Assembly: GCA_964016885.1 (NCBI GenBank) | Contig: OZ024744.1 | Coordinates: 26,350,001 to 26,414,000 of the forward strand | From: Eledone cirrhosa | Taxonomy: Eukaryota | DNA: 64,000 nucleotides | Direction: 5' to 3' | Part shown: positions 42,996 through 56,541 of the stretch, in pieces | Layout: the number at the start of each line of letters is the position of its first letter | Numbering within the stretch: position 1 is the stretch's first letter | Translations under genes and position numbers: made by a program | Notes under the pieces: model-generated | The model's database searches: none | Seen by the model: only the letters and a program-made list of their open reading frames with translations | Told to the model about the DNA's origin: nothing

Positions 42996-43424
42996 TCTAA
43001 GATGTAATTAGATGCCACGTAAAAGAGCAAAATGTTATTATAGAACATGAAAAATACCAATTGAATTTCGTTATAAAGTTCATATATAACTATCAAAGTT
43101 AGAAACAAATAAACTAAGAATTAAAACATTGCCATAAAGAAACAAAACACAAACTGGCAACAACAACTAAAAACAAGTGTGTATTTCTTATTTATAACTT
43201 TGTTCTATTTAATTACTAAAGAAGGAAATACAAATATTTTCTTTCTGTATTTTTAATTATCTATAGTTCTACATTAAGCTATGCTAATATATATAAATAA
43301 CTCTTTCGAATAAATTTCTATTGTGCGCCGCCGAAATATGTTTCGTTGTTTTAAATTACACTGTGAGTAAAAGAAGTTTGGTAAGCACTACGTTACTCGA
43401 TGTGTTGAACGATGTCTGTTACAA

Positions 43425-44019
43425 CCCTTCGTGGACCCCGGCAAATGTTTAAAATTATGTAATTTTTAAATGTTTTATTTCAAGACTATCTCCTCACTTT
43501 TATTGTCGATAGTTTATATATGTAGGTACAAATACTAAACTTTCCCTATCCTATGAATGCTATGACATAAAACTATTTGTTTGGGGTCCAACTGGACCTC
43601 ATCGACCTTCGTGACACTAATTGTTGGCTTCGTGTTTTCAGATATTCTGATAAAATTAGTTTTATTTATTTGACTGATTGTATCCCCTGATGTAAGTCAC
43701 ATTTTTTCGTATTTGTACTGATATATATTAATTTTGGTTTATTTTCTATTCAGTTTTATATCCATGATAAATGTAACTATAGCAAATGTTTGTTTCAATA
43801 AAGTTTTTCCAGTCAATAAAATTTAATTCACCTCCATTGTAATACTAATAATTACAAATATATGCTTAGTTTCCTGTTATAGATCCTGCAACACACACAT
43901 ATATATGGTTTAACATATATTACTTCATGGATAGTTCAGAAATCCGCCTAAATAAAAGGGGTCCCACGAGACCCCGATAGACATTTGTGTAATTCCAACA
44001 CCATTGGCCCATGAAGGGT
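43425..44019. mobile_element. Non-autonomous piggyBac-like DNA transposon
   Basis: Ends CCCTTCGTGG / CCATGAAGGG-TTAA (left target site degenerate, ACAA); internal GGGGTC-N6-GACCYC motifs near 43583 and 43958. Confidence 0.55.
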
Positions 44020-46044
44020 TAACCGAGGTAAGTCTGACTAGAGTTTGTACCGAGTCTTCAAGACCGAAGGTTGGTCAAGGCAACCGTTAATCCAACACAC
44101 CTGTTTACAGATGATGAAATACAATGGTCACATCTAATACCATTGGTAATAATATTGATGTTTGTTTATCGTCACTTTATCTCACAATATAGGCATATGA
44201 TGAAGGCAGAGATCACAGCAACCAGCATGTGAACGACTGTATCAATATGAATTGTCCGGTGACCCAGGAAGATTCCAGAAATGTAACCTATTTTAGAGAG
44301 AAAGAACGCTTCTACCAGTTGAAGGTAGAGCCAGTCAAGGGTGTGTTTCCTGAACAGCTAGAAAAGCAGAAGAATTAAGAAAGCAATACACACAGACAAC
44401 AGCAGTGGGGCAAGACACCACAACGATGTCCTAACCACCAATAGGATTTCTATACGAATAGCTACCATCTTACTCTTGAGTTACGACTGCATTGTGTCCT
44501 TAAGCAAGATATATAACTAATGCTGGTTAGATACGTAGATAGGTAAATAGGTAGGTTTATAGGTTGACAGGCAGGAAAGGAATGGAGAGCGGCACCATGA
44601 TGCAATAAACAGGAATGTTATATAATTAGCAGCTATTTGGCTAGCTTGAATTTTTGCGTGCAAGTTCTCCCTTGGGTCTGAAGAGGACAACTGAATATCA
44701 CAGAAATATATTCTAGCCAAAAATATTCTGAAATAAGTAGGGTCATCAAGTATTCAATCTCCCACGAGAACTCTACTGAGGAAAATAACTACACAAGTAA
44801 CAGCAGCAACGACAACAACAGAAGCAGCTATAATGAAAACAGCATCAATACGGACATCTATGCTGTCTCTGAAGCCGCTAGAAAGAGGAAGCACATTCTC
44901 CCAAATCACGCTCAAATCACCACTAGATAGCTCTTAAAACTCGGGATAGTCATGGCTGGAATGTATCTGCTCAATCAAGGTTGGCCTGGGCATTAATAAA
45001 AAGCTACAACAACAGCAGTAGCATTGATAGCAGCAATAGCAGCAGCTGCTACAGAAAGTTAATTTACTGAAGACAAGGTTTTATTTGATTATGTAGGTAC
45101 AAAATAGTTCAGTAAATGCTAAGTACCATGAATACCACAAATTGTACTACATGAAAAGAAATGCCAATACCATTTGTTGTCGTATAAATACATTCACATG
45201 TGTGATGAATATTTATTAAGTAAGTACATACACATATATGTGTATAAATATTTACTTCAATATCCTCCACTAGATGGCAGCATAATCTTGTTTTAATAAA
45301 TATTTCTAAAAGCTAACAGGATTTTATAACATTGACAAGATGAAGTGAAATATATTTCTTACAAGTAGATAAATCTCTAAAGGATATTGATAAAGGCGAC
45401 AGAAATTCTTGGTTACAGTGATGTATGAGTTATAAAGAATTTTACGAAACTATACAAAGTGGATCCTACTACAACAGCCATGTATATTAACTGACCTCTT
45501 TACAAAGATTTGAGAATATAATATAATTCCAAAAGACTGCAACAATATTATTGTGAGAAATGGACCGGAAAAAAAAATAGTAACTGTATCAATTTAGTCA
45601 AGTAGCGAAAAATAAGCCTTTTTTTTATTAGAAAACACACAAGTCAAAATCTTTTTCAGTAAAATATTCTTTTAAACAATCGATAGAATATTTTATCAAA
45701 ATTTTAGATACAACTTACTTTTTAAATCTTAAACAAAAATAAGTTAATTTTTTGAAAAGGGAAAGAGTAAAGCTAAATCAAAACATATTTTCGTCTGGAC
45801 AAAATAGTATATTTATCGATTATTGAGAAGTGGCAGGCATTAAAAGAGCCCGGAATTGTGAACAACAATGTTTTATCGATTATTGACAAGTGGGAGGCAT
45901 TGAAAGACTTTGACATTGTAGAGAACAGCGATTTATCAATCCCACATTTCCATATTGAAGAAATGTCCATCAGTTCGAACCGTTTACAAACTAGAAGTAT
46001 CGAAGAATCCACATTCTCTAGTGGCAACATGGTACGTTCCGCTA

Positions 46045-46305
46045 CCATCTCAGGCTCTACTGCCCAGCCAGGCCGAAGAGGGCAAACTCTTCAAGTATCA
46101 GCCGCTCTTTGATAGGTTTGTGGTTGAGCTTGTAGTAGTGGATACTTCAGGCATTCTTTACTCCCGGACCACATCCCTACTCATTGCTATCGGAGCGGAG
46201 CTGGCTACCCGCAGGTGCGAGCCCCACAGGATGTAGTGGCTGTTCCAGCGCGTCTTCCTCGCCGACCTCCGGGGCAATGTATTCTCCATCCTGTCGGCCG
46301 GGGCC
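46045..46305 (+). mobile_element. Short 3' fragment of a CRE-like retrotransposon
   Basis: Homologous to ~47930-48190 (AEEGKLFKY..L.DRF.V..VV.DTSG). Confidence 0.75.
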
Positions 46306-46772
46306 CAGGGGCGGAGGGTAAGTTAGATGGGGGTGGAGGATACTTGTTCGGACGTCAGAAATTGAAAGTTATTTATACAAACCTGCAGCTCTTCATTCGA
46401 AACATCTAAGTTTGTCTCTAGCCCGGGGGGTTCATTAGGCTCGTGCTTATGCCAGTTTCCATTGGCGTGAAGTGACTGACTGTACATGTCCCCACCCTCT
46501 CCGTAGACAAGAAGGGACTCCTTCGCAGGGTTAAATCCTTCAGCTATTGCTGATTCTCATTTTCAGCTTTCACACAGTTCTAAGATGGCATTCAGATACT
46601 TTGCCATAGCCAGTAGTTGACCATAATGATTACAACCAACATGAAAAAGATCAGTATCTTAGGATTAGAAACCTACAAAAGACGAACTATGTTCAATAAC
46701 ACCTAGAATGTTGCTCCTATCGGAATCTATTGAAAAGGATTATGAACGAAGGTATCAATAACTAATAGGTGG

Positions 46773-46905
46773 AAAATTGGCAGAGTTGTTAAGACGTCGG
46801 ATAGAATGTTTTACGGTATTCGTCCCACCTCATTGCGTGCTCTGAGTTCAAATCCTGCCGTGGTCAACTTTGCAAAAAATGTACCAGTTCAGTAGCGGGG
46901 TCGAT
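46773..46905 (+). mobile_element. Degraded SINE (same family as 25274)
   Basis: tggcagagttgtta...ctgagttcaaatcctgccgtggtcaactttgc. Confidence 0.65.
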
Positions 46906-47211
46906 TCTTCCTCTATAGGAAAGATCGGCTATGTTCAGATCTGTAGAGGGTTGAGCTCCGCCAAGTTTAAAAGTGCCCTAGACACGCCATATGACGGTAC
47001 CTTACGACTCCACAAGGAGTTATGGGAGCTTTATCCTTTATATTGATAACTGGTTAAGAAGTTTGCTTCATGATCATGAGATCACCAGTTCTATCTCACA
47101 ACCTGGCATTTTGGACAAATGCCTTTACCATAGTTATTTTATTTTTATTTTATTTTATTTATTTGTTTATTTATTTATTGAGAAAATAATAACCAAAAGA
47201 TGAAAAACGAA

Positions 47212-48190
47212 ACCCCACGGTCAGGTATGGCGGCCTAGGCCTCCGGTCCCTGATCTCACTAGCTTTGCCGGTGTATCTTTCGTCGGTAACCTCGTACCAC
47301 GCCCTCGTCAGCAGGGTTTTTCAAAACACAACAGAACTCTCTGTGTTCAGAGAACGTGAGGCCGCCTGTGAGACGTGGGACCGGCTGGGACTTAGCCCAG
47401 TAGACGTCCCTCCTCCTTCTCCCCCTGTTGATGTCAAGTCCCCCCAACGCACTTGGGATGCCATCCAGTGCAGCCTGGCCTCAGACAGCCTCACGCACCA
47501 GCTCGACCAGCACCGCCTTGCTTGTTTTCGTGCGGCCTCCAAACCCCACAGTGGTGCCATGCTCTGCCCTCCGTCTGCACTGGCACGCAGCTAGAAGCCA
47601 TAGCCTGCGAATCGGCGTTTCCCTGAGGTTCGGCCTCTGGATCTGCCAGCCACACCAATGTCGCTGCGGTTCCACCGTGGACTCTTTCGACCTCCACCCG
47701 CTTTCCTGTCACCACAGTGCCGGCCGCATTCCACGCCATACTGCCCTCAACGAGGTCATTAAGCATGGCTTGGACGCTGAAGGCTTCCCTTCCCAGCTCG
47801 AGCAGGTGTCGCTCGATCGAGGGGACGGCAAAAGGCCAGATGGCATTACCATCTTCTCGTTCCGCGGTGGCAAACCCCTCGTCTGGGATGCCACTTGCAC
47901 CGACACTTTCTGCAGCCGCAGTCTGCGACTGACCCAGGTTCTGCTGCACGTCGGGCTGAGGGGGCCAAACTCCTCAAATACCGGTCGCTCTCCGACAGGT
48001 TTGCGGTCGTTCCCCTGGCAGTGGAAACTTCTGGTGTCCTCGGCTCCAAGGCTACCTCCTTACTCACCACCATAGGCGCTGAGCTGGCAAGCCGTAGCTG
48101 TGAGCCCCGCGAGTTGGAGTGGCTTTTCCAGCGCGTGTCCCTGCCGTCCTCCGGGGAAACGCCTTCTCAATTCTGTCAGCCGGGGCTGTG
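47212..48190 (+). mobile_element. CRE-clade-like non-LTR retrotransposon 3' part (CCHC finger plus restriction-like endonuclease)
   Basis: RYGGLGLRS, CRCG..VD..DLHPLSC, RH.ALN, KRPDG.T...G.P.VWD.TC, AE..K..KY, PLAVETSG. Confidence 0.85.
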
Positions 48191-48431
48191 GGTGGGCCCC
48201 ATCGCGTACCAATACATTAGTTAAATAACATTAACTGTTCTCCAATGTTAAGATATCTTATATCATATAGACACAAAAACAACTCTTATGTTTCTATGTC
48301 CTTTTTTTCTTTTCTTATTAACACAAGTTTAACCAATCTGTTTGATCCATCAGCTAAATCGTGTATCGGTCAGTGGTAGAACAATCTACTAATATAATAA
48401 CCTGGTGTAGTTGTTCGAAACGCGGTAGAGA

Positions 48432-48687
48432 TGACTGAGGAAAGAAGGGGTGATGACGTCATCTGAGGGAGGAAAGGGTTATTATGTCGACTGAGCAAGA
48501 GAAGGGTTAATTACGACGACTAAGGAAGGAAGGGGTGGCGACGTCGACTGAGGAAAGAAGGGGTGATGATGTCGACTGAGGATGGAAGGGGTGATGACGT
48601 CAACTGAGGAAGGAGCAGGTGATGACGTCGGCTGAGGAAGGAAGGGGTGATGACGTCGACTGAGGAAGGAAGGGGTGGCAGCGTCTA
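48432..48687. repeat. ~28 bp minisatellite (gactgaggaaggaaggggtgatgacgtc)
   Basis: About 9 imperfect units. Confidence 0.9.
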
Positions 48688-48836
48688 ACATTCGCTACAC
48701 CTGTGTGTGTATATGTATAGTGAATTGGCTACACACATTGGCTGTTATGATTATGTGTGTATTTGTCTGTGTGTATATGTGTTTGTGTGTGTTTATTTAG
48801 AAAGATACACAGACAATAGAATTACAAACACACACG

Positions 48837-48907
<71 letters not shown>

Positions 48908-48912
<5 letters not shown>

Positions 48913-49676
48913 TAATCGAGTATCGAAAAATCGGCGCACGAGTTCACGATAAACAAAATTCGAAATGAGCGGCAGAGGGCTCAATAATTCAGATAAATCA
49001 GAGCTATAACTATCGTTAAAATACCGACACACATAGAACGTGTCTAAAATCAACCATACGACCGAAAAATTACGATCTGGAAGATTCGGGACACTCAGAT
49101 AAAATATCAATAAATCAATAAATCAAATGAATGTAAAAAGCATACCCGGACCCGCTAGAAAGATGGTAAATCTAGCTTCTTGGGTTTCTGTAAATCCTTA
49201 AACCGTCCTCTATCAGCCCACATAAAAATATATAAGACTTCTTGAAAGCAGCGGACCGGAATTTACTTCCTCAACGAGCTTTTGTCCGAACGAATAAAAA
49301 GGCATAACCCAAGTTGAAAAAACGCACATGGAATTCAGCAAGGGAGATAACCTCTATATCCGCAAAAAATATTCGGGAAAATGTGGAAATACACATATCG
49401 AATAAGAGTGCTCAATAGACATGTTAAAATAAACAGGAGCTATTCATCATTTAATAGAATCGACAAAAAATGAACAATAAAATTAACTGGTCAATAGCTA
49501 AGTCTAGAGCTAAATATAGTAGAATAATCGAGTATCGAAAAATCGGCGCACGAGTTCACGATAAACAAAATTCGAAATGAGCGGCAGAGGGCTCAATAAT
49601 TCAGATAAATCAGAGCTATAACTATCGTTAAAATACCGACACACATAGAAGAAGTCTATAATCAACCGTACGATCG
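48908..49676. repeat. ~157 bp direct repeats at a 612 bp period (48908-49064, 49520-49676)
   Basis: First ~131 bp appear identical by eye. Confidence 0.9.
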
Positions 49677-49984
49677 CCACTGACGGCCGATCCGGTATGA
49701 GATTTTATCATTAGACATTTACTTTATTTTGTCGCGTTTTATCCTTATCCGCCAAGGGGTAATCATTTCGTGTTACCACTTCTAGGACGAGTGTCAACCA
49801 AGACTAGAGGGGTCGTCCTCCTCTAGAGACACGTTTATTCCGCCTCGGTCGCCATCCCGGTATTTCTTGGTCACGGGGTTTTCTTTTTTGTTGTTTTTTT
49901 AAATTCTTATTATCATGAAGGGTTCCTTAATGTGGGCATTGCGTGGTTTAAGAATGAAATTATTAATAATATAATATACTGTTT

Positions 49985-51871
49985 GCAGTCCCTACATCGA
50001 CGGCTTGCTGCGCATCTTGACGGTCGACACTGAGCGCAGCGAAAGGCCGTTTACTTCAGCCGAAATTCACGACGCCCTTGTCGGCTGCATGAGCTGCAAG
50101 ACACCCGGTTTGGATGGCCTGCCCTACGAGCTTTACGTAAATATGCCAGATTTGTTCTCCGATCTCCTCGAAGCGCTCTACTGCAACTGGCAGCAGAATG
50201 GGAGTATTCTCAGTTCTCTGAGCAGGGGAGTGGTGACGCTGATAAGGAAAGACGAGAACAAGAGGGATACATTAGACAACTTCAGGCCGAAAACTCTGCT
50301 CAACACAGAGTTTGGCCAAGGTGTTAGCAAAGAGATTAGCGATTGTCGTCGAGGATTTGGTTGGGGAGGCGCAAAATTGTGCAAACCCAGCCAGGTCCAT
50401 ACACGACAATCTCCACCTCATGCGAAACATCATAGAGAGGGTTGAATGTAAACCTGGCTTTGGTGGGGCATTATCAATTTAGATCTTTCGAAAGCATTCG
50501 ATGGGGTCGACCATCGGTATCTGGAATTTGTCCTCAAAGTAGTTGGCTTCGGCCCTGTCTTCAGAAGCTGGATCGCTGCAATGCACAGCGGCACATGCTC
50601 GGTGGTCAAGATTAATGGCCACCTCTCGGAACCATTTCGGCTCTCCCGATCGGTCCGCCAACGGTGCCCTCTCTCTTGCCTTCTGTACGTATTGACTCTC
50701 GAGCCTTTACTGCGTAAGCTGGAGCTGTTGCAGGGCATCCCCCTCGAACCGCGACGTGGAAAGGCGTTGTCGGCTTATGCGGACGACATCACCGTGATGG
50801 TGTCGGACACCTCAGAAATCGAGGTGGTCGGACCTTATTGGAGGAATATGAAAGGTTGACAGGAGCCAAACTTAACCCGGAAAAGTCGATGGGCTTGCAG
50901 CTCGGAATCTGGAGAGGCAAGCCTATGCCATCCAACAGCATCGTGGGGCGCTGGACGGACGGACCGGTAAAGTTGCTCGGGATTTGCCTCGGACCAGACT
51001 TCCAGGTGGAAAATAATTGGGACGAGGTAACGAGCAGGGTAGCTAGTCTCACCCAAAAATGGGCTGGGAGGAAGCTATTACTGAAAGGTCGCGCGGAGGT
51101 GGCGAATGCGTACATCACGTCCATCATCTACTACTGTGGAATTATTGTGGAAAGGACAAGTTCCGTTGGTGAGGCGGTCCATCTGCTTCCTGCATCCTCT
51201 ACGCAGAGGGATGGGCATGCCGTGGCTAATGATTCGAAGACGCTGAGGCTGCGGCATCTCCAGATATTCTGCCTAAACGGTGAACAGGTGTGATCGCCGT
51301 TTATAAGACGGGGCTTTCCGCAGCTCGTTTCTTTGACTGGACTGCAGTCCTGGGTGAAGAAGAGACCGAGACTGGGTGACTGGCATCTGGAATATTACCA
51401 GGCACTCCCTGCCCTCTACCAAGCGGACAATGCGATCAGTGTCACTTCCACTCTCGAGTTCTATAGAGGATTAGTGGTGGGCAAGTTCGATGATGAACTC
51501 GGAGAAACTTTGGGCCTCGACGAAATCGGACTGACCAGTCTGTACCGGAGGACTTTCGAGCCGGGGACGATGGACAATTTCCAGAAATCCCTCGCTTGGC
51601 AGTGCTACCCGGGGGCACTGCCGGTTCGGGATAAACTCTACAGGCACGAAGTGCTGTCAGACGGACCTGCCCAAGATGCGCACAGAGCGACTAAACCGTT
51701 CTTCACGCACTTGTCCAATGTCCGTGCATTACTGACTTGTGGAGTTATGTCGAACAGCTACTGTCGCGTGTGGAACGGATCCGGCTATCGGCCGAGTCCA
51801 TAGTGAAGATCGTTGGTGGCCGTTGCGAAAGAGGTTATATGGTGGACCAGATTGAAAGGACTGAAGACCGA
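49985..51871 (+). mobile_element. Tx1-like ORF2 fragment, copy G
   Basis: KTPGLDGLPYE, AYADDI, GRAEVANAYI, ALPVRDKL; no 3' UTR. Confidence 0.85.
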
Positions 51872-52618
51872 CCCGAAGAAGGGGGATGTTATCGATAACG
51901 TCAGGCCCATAACTCTGCTGAACGCAAAGTTCAGGATTTTGGCCAAAGTGATAGCAACAAGGTTTGCGCTTGTCGAGGATCTGGTGTGAGAGGCACAGAC
52001 ATGCGCCATTCCGAACAGATCCATACACGACCACCTCCACCTCATGCGATACATCTTAGAGAGGGTGGTTAAGGAACCTGGCACGAGTGGGGCCCAGATC
52101 AACTTGGATCAATCCAAAGCATTCGATAGGCTGGACCATCGGTACCTAGCGGCGATCCTCAAGGCAGCCGGTTTCGGGCCCGTTTTCAGGGGTTGGATCG
52201 CTGCGATGTACAATGACATCAGCTCAGTTGTGAGGGTGAACGGTCACCTGTTGCTGCCGTGCAGCATCATGCGCTCGATCCGCCAGGGTTGTCCCCTCTC
52301 GTCCCTTTTGTACGTATTGGCTCTCGAGCCGTTACTGAACAAACTGGGGGCGATGAGGGGCGTCCCACGCGAACAAGGATGCTGCAAATCCGAGTCGGCT
52401 TGCGCCGACGACGTCACCGGGGTGGTGTCGAGCACCAGACACGTCTAGATGCTCAGTACCGCTCTCAAGTAATACGAAGCGGTGACAGGAGCAAAGGTAA
52501 ACCAGCAAAAGTTGGTGGGCTTGCAGCTCGGCACCTGGAGAGGCAAGTCCATGCCGTTCGACAGCGTCGTGGGGCGTTGGACGGACGGACCGGTTTAATT
52601 GCTCGGAGTCTGGTTCGG
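51869..52618 (+). mobile_element. Tx1-like RT fragment of another subfamily, copy H
   Basis: RPITLLN, DQSKAFDR, RQGCPLS, ADDV. Confidence 0.85.
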
Positions 52619-55600
52619 AGGTGAGTGATTTCTTTTCCTCTTATTTTAAATTTTCAGCACCAACATGGCCAATATAAGAGTTGGATGTGTGAATGTACGC
52701 GGCCTGGGGATGCCCTGGAAACAGGGCAAACTCTTAAACGACCTCAGGTCGCACAGTATGGATGTAGTAGCCATTTGCGAGTCCACGATCCATAGCGAGC
52801 GACAACAGGCCCCCATCTTCGACGACTTTGAGATCTACGCATCTCTCTGTCAGCCGGGAGGTGGGGTTGCCGTTTTGCTGCTGAAACACCTGGACCTCGT
52901 AACACAGACGGTGCCAGTGGACCCGGAGGGTCGACTGGTGGTCCTAGACGTTGACGGTAGTGAAGGTGGAGCCTTCAGGCTGGTGGCCGCATATGCCACA
53001 TCCGGGACATCGCGGCCAACCTTGTTCAAACGTATAGAGACTTTTCCGGGAACGTTCCGCTCACTGCTGTTAGTGGGGGACTAGAATGGAATCCTAGATG
53101 CACGTTGGGACTATGTGGTAGCATGTCCCGATAGAGGGGGGTGTAACAGCCTCAAACAGTTAATCGGCCGATTTCAACTGGCCGATAGATATCGACTAGA
53201 TTTCCCAACTGTGCCACTGTGGACGTGGACCAACCATGGCGGAACATGTAGATCGTACCTAGATAGGTTTCTAGTTAGAGTTAGTGAGAGGGACATGTTA
53301 AGCTGTCCACAAATGTTCATGGTTGCCTATTCAGATCACAAACTAGGACCTGCTTAGTCAACCTTGACAAAACCATAGACAGGGACCCGGCTACTGGAAG
53401 CTGAACTTGTCGTTACAGACATGCAAAGCCTACAGTAGATGGATTAGCACTTTAGTTAAGCAGCACTTGACGGGGGTCATTGCCAACAACAGATGGTGGT
53501 ACTCTCTTAAGAGGGCAGTCAGATTAGAGTCGATAGGTTTTAGAAAAGAATTAGTGTTAGATAGAAATAAGACCGAAACGGAACTGGTAGATAAAGCAGA
53601 AGAGGCACTTAGGAGTGGCAACGTAGCCAGCGTGCTAGCGACGAGAACGGCGTTGGATCAGTTCTTCGACGCAAAGAATGAAGGCTGCGTTGTCAAGAGC
53701 AAAATACGTGCTGTTAGCTGGGCTCGGGTGACAGAGGCGAAAAGTGGCAACAAGTCCAGGATTCGGTCTTTGAAGGACCAAGACAGACGCGTGATACGTG
53801 AGCCGAAGCAGATGTGCGCGGCCTTTCAGTGGCACTTTGATCAACTGTTCGGGCAGGGCGGTGAGATGGGAGGGGCTATGAATTTCGGTCCATACCTAGA
53901 CGGCCTGCCGCGACTCTCGGACAGCTCGGCGAATTTCTGCGAAAGGCCAATTTCGGCCGCTGAGATAGGGAACGCGCTGAGCCAATGCGGCAAACGCAAA
54001 TCTCCAGGTCTCGACGGTCTACCCTACGAATTTTACGTAGCAATCCAGGACTTGTTCTCCGATCTCCTGGAAGCGGTCTACTGCAACTGGCAGCAGAACG
54101 GGAGAATTCCCAGTTCTGTGACCAAGGGCGTAGTCACGTTAGTCAGGAAGGACGAGAATAAGGGGCATGACATAGGTTACATTCGGCCCATAACTCTGCT
54201 AAACACAGAGTTAAATATCTTGGCCAAGGTGTTGGCAAAGAGGCTGGCGCTTGTCGTCAAAAACCTGGTGGGAGAAGCGCAGACATGCGCAATCCCGACC
54301 AGGTCCATACACGACAACCTCCAGCTCATGTGATACATCATAGAGAGGGTAGGGTGTAAACCCGGCTTCGGTGGGGCCCTGATCAACTTGGATCAGTCTA
54401 AGGCTTTCGATAGGATTAACCATCGTTACATGGATGCGGTGCTTGAGGCGGCAGGCTTCGGACCCGTGTTCAGGGGCTGGATTACTGCAATGCACAGCAG
54501 CAACATCTGCTCAAGGGTCAAGGTGAACGGCTACCTCTCCGAGCCGTTCCATATCACGCGATCTATCCGACAGGGATGCCCTCTCTCCTCCCTTCTGTAC
54601 GTACTGACTCTCGAGTCACTACTGCGGAAGTTGGAGCTATTGCAGGGCATCCCTTTGGAACAGGGACTGCGAAAAGCGGCGTCGGCCTACGCCGAGGACG
54701 TGACAGTAATTGTGTCGAGCACCTCGCAAATCGGGGAGGTTGGCACCTTACTGAAGGAATACGAAAGGTTCACAGGAGCGAAGCTGAACCGGGACAAATC
54801 CGTCGGTTTGCAATTCGGAACGTGGAGAGGCAAACCGATGCCTTCCGATGTCGTCGTCGGACGCTGGACGGAAGGACCGGTAAAGCTGCTCGGGGTCTGG
54901 TTTGGGCCGGACCTCCAGCTGGAGAAGAACTGGAACGAGGTGACGGCGAAGGTCTTTGTGCTCATCCAGAAGTGGGCCGAATGCAAACTAACCTTGAAAG
55001 TTCGAGCGGAGGTGGCGAACACTTTTATAGCGGCCGTCATCTACTACCGCTTGACCGTCGTGCCTTGTCCAGCCAAAACTCTCACCAAAATGGAGCGCGC
55101 ACTCTTCCAATTCCTTTGGAAGAAACGGGCTCCTTTGGTGAGAAGATCCATCTGCTGCCAACACCCTTCAAACGGAGGGCTGGTGATGCCGCGGCTGACG
55201 ATACGCAAACACGCGCTCAGGCTCCACGTATTCCTCCACGTATTCCTCACCGGGCAACCGGTGTGGGCCCCGTTCGTGAGGCTATCCTTCCCACGACTCG
55301 TCTCACTGACCGAGCTGCAGTCCTGGGTCAAGCAAAGTTCGAGAAAAATGGGCGATTGGCACATCGAAAGTGCTCAGGCGCTCACAGTCCTCTGGCAAAC
55401 GGACCCGGCGATCAGTGGAGACTCCACTTCGTCATTCTATAGTGGGTTAGTCCGCAGCAGGTGCGGCGACGCGCTCGGAGAAATTCTGGGCGTAGAGGAG
55501 GACGATGAACTGGCCAGTCTGTTCGATAGGACCTTCCGCCCGGGACCGATGGACAACTTCCAAAAGTCACTGGTTTGGCAGTGCTACCGAGGAGCTCTAC

Positions 55601-56308
55601 CAGTTCGAGACAAACTCTACAGACACGGGCGCTCGGGCAGGGACCCTTCGAAAAAGATCTGTTCGAGATGCGTGCGCGACGAGGAAACCGTCGCGCACGC
55701 CTTTGTACACTGCTCGGGCGTTACCGTCCTGTGGGGCTATGTTGAACGACTATTGTCGCAGGTGGGACCAATCCAGTTGACCACCGAGTCCATTGTCATG
55801 ATCAAACCGCCACCCTCCTCCTAAAACGAAGGAGAGGCGGTTTTCCTATATGTTATGGCTATGGTGAAAGAGGTTATATGGTGGACGAGGTTAAAAAGGC
55901 TGAGGTCAGACACCTTTCACTCTGGCGAACAACTAATTCGTTTTTTTCAAATATAATTTTGGAAGAAGAATCAGGATGGAGAGAGAAGTGCTGTACCCCA
56001 GCAAATTTTATAAAAGGTGGGTGCGTATGGCAAGGATGGCCCGAGTGGTTGGGCCTTCTCTCTACATAAGCCTATAGGTTGAGGAAAAAGAGGAAGAGAG
56101 GAAGGGAGTACTCACTCTTGGTGCTCCTGGAGATGAGGGTTGTACATTTTTTCGGAGTTTGTACAACCCCTGTGTAACGCCTCCCCCTATTGGGAATTTC
56201 AATTGTTACTTGTTATTTTATTAATAGTTTTATTTTCATATACCTGTATGTAAACTCCCCATTTGTATTTGTCCCCTTCTTTTGTGCCCTTGTGGCTAAT
56301 AAAGAAAT
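52619..56308 (+). mobile_element. Tx1-like LINE, copy I (ORF2 52665-56077, disrupted; complete 3' UTR)
   Basis: MANIRVGCVNVRG through APE, RT and zinc knuckle; ends GGCTAATAAAGAAAT. Confidence 0.92.
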
Positions 56309-56541
56309 TTATCTCTTAGATAGGAAAACGTGTGCTAGTCTCGCTAGTAAGTTTTTATCTTCTTTACATACAAAAAACAAAAAGTTTCTGTTTAAAAATA
56401 TACCATTTTGTAGATTGAATCCTCGTCTGAATTGTCAGTGGGTGGATCATCTCATTTTCGCCCCCCCCCCCCCCCCCCCTCCCGAGTCGAAAATTTGATT
56501 TAAAAAAATATAAAAAATTGTTTAAAAATCACTGCATAGCA

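Noticed and set aside
44111-44378. Possible host exons with AG/GT borders
   Set aside because: Short, no recognisable protein similarity and no partner exons
44674-44720. CTGAAGA...GAAA hammerhead candidate
   Set aside because: No supporting stems I or II
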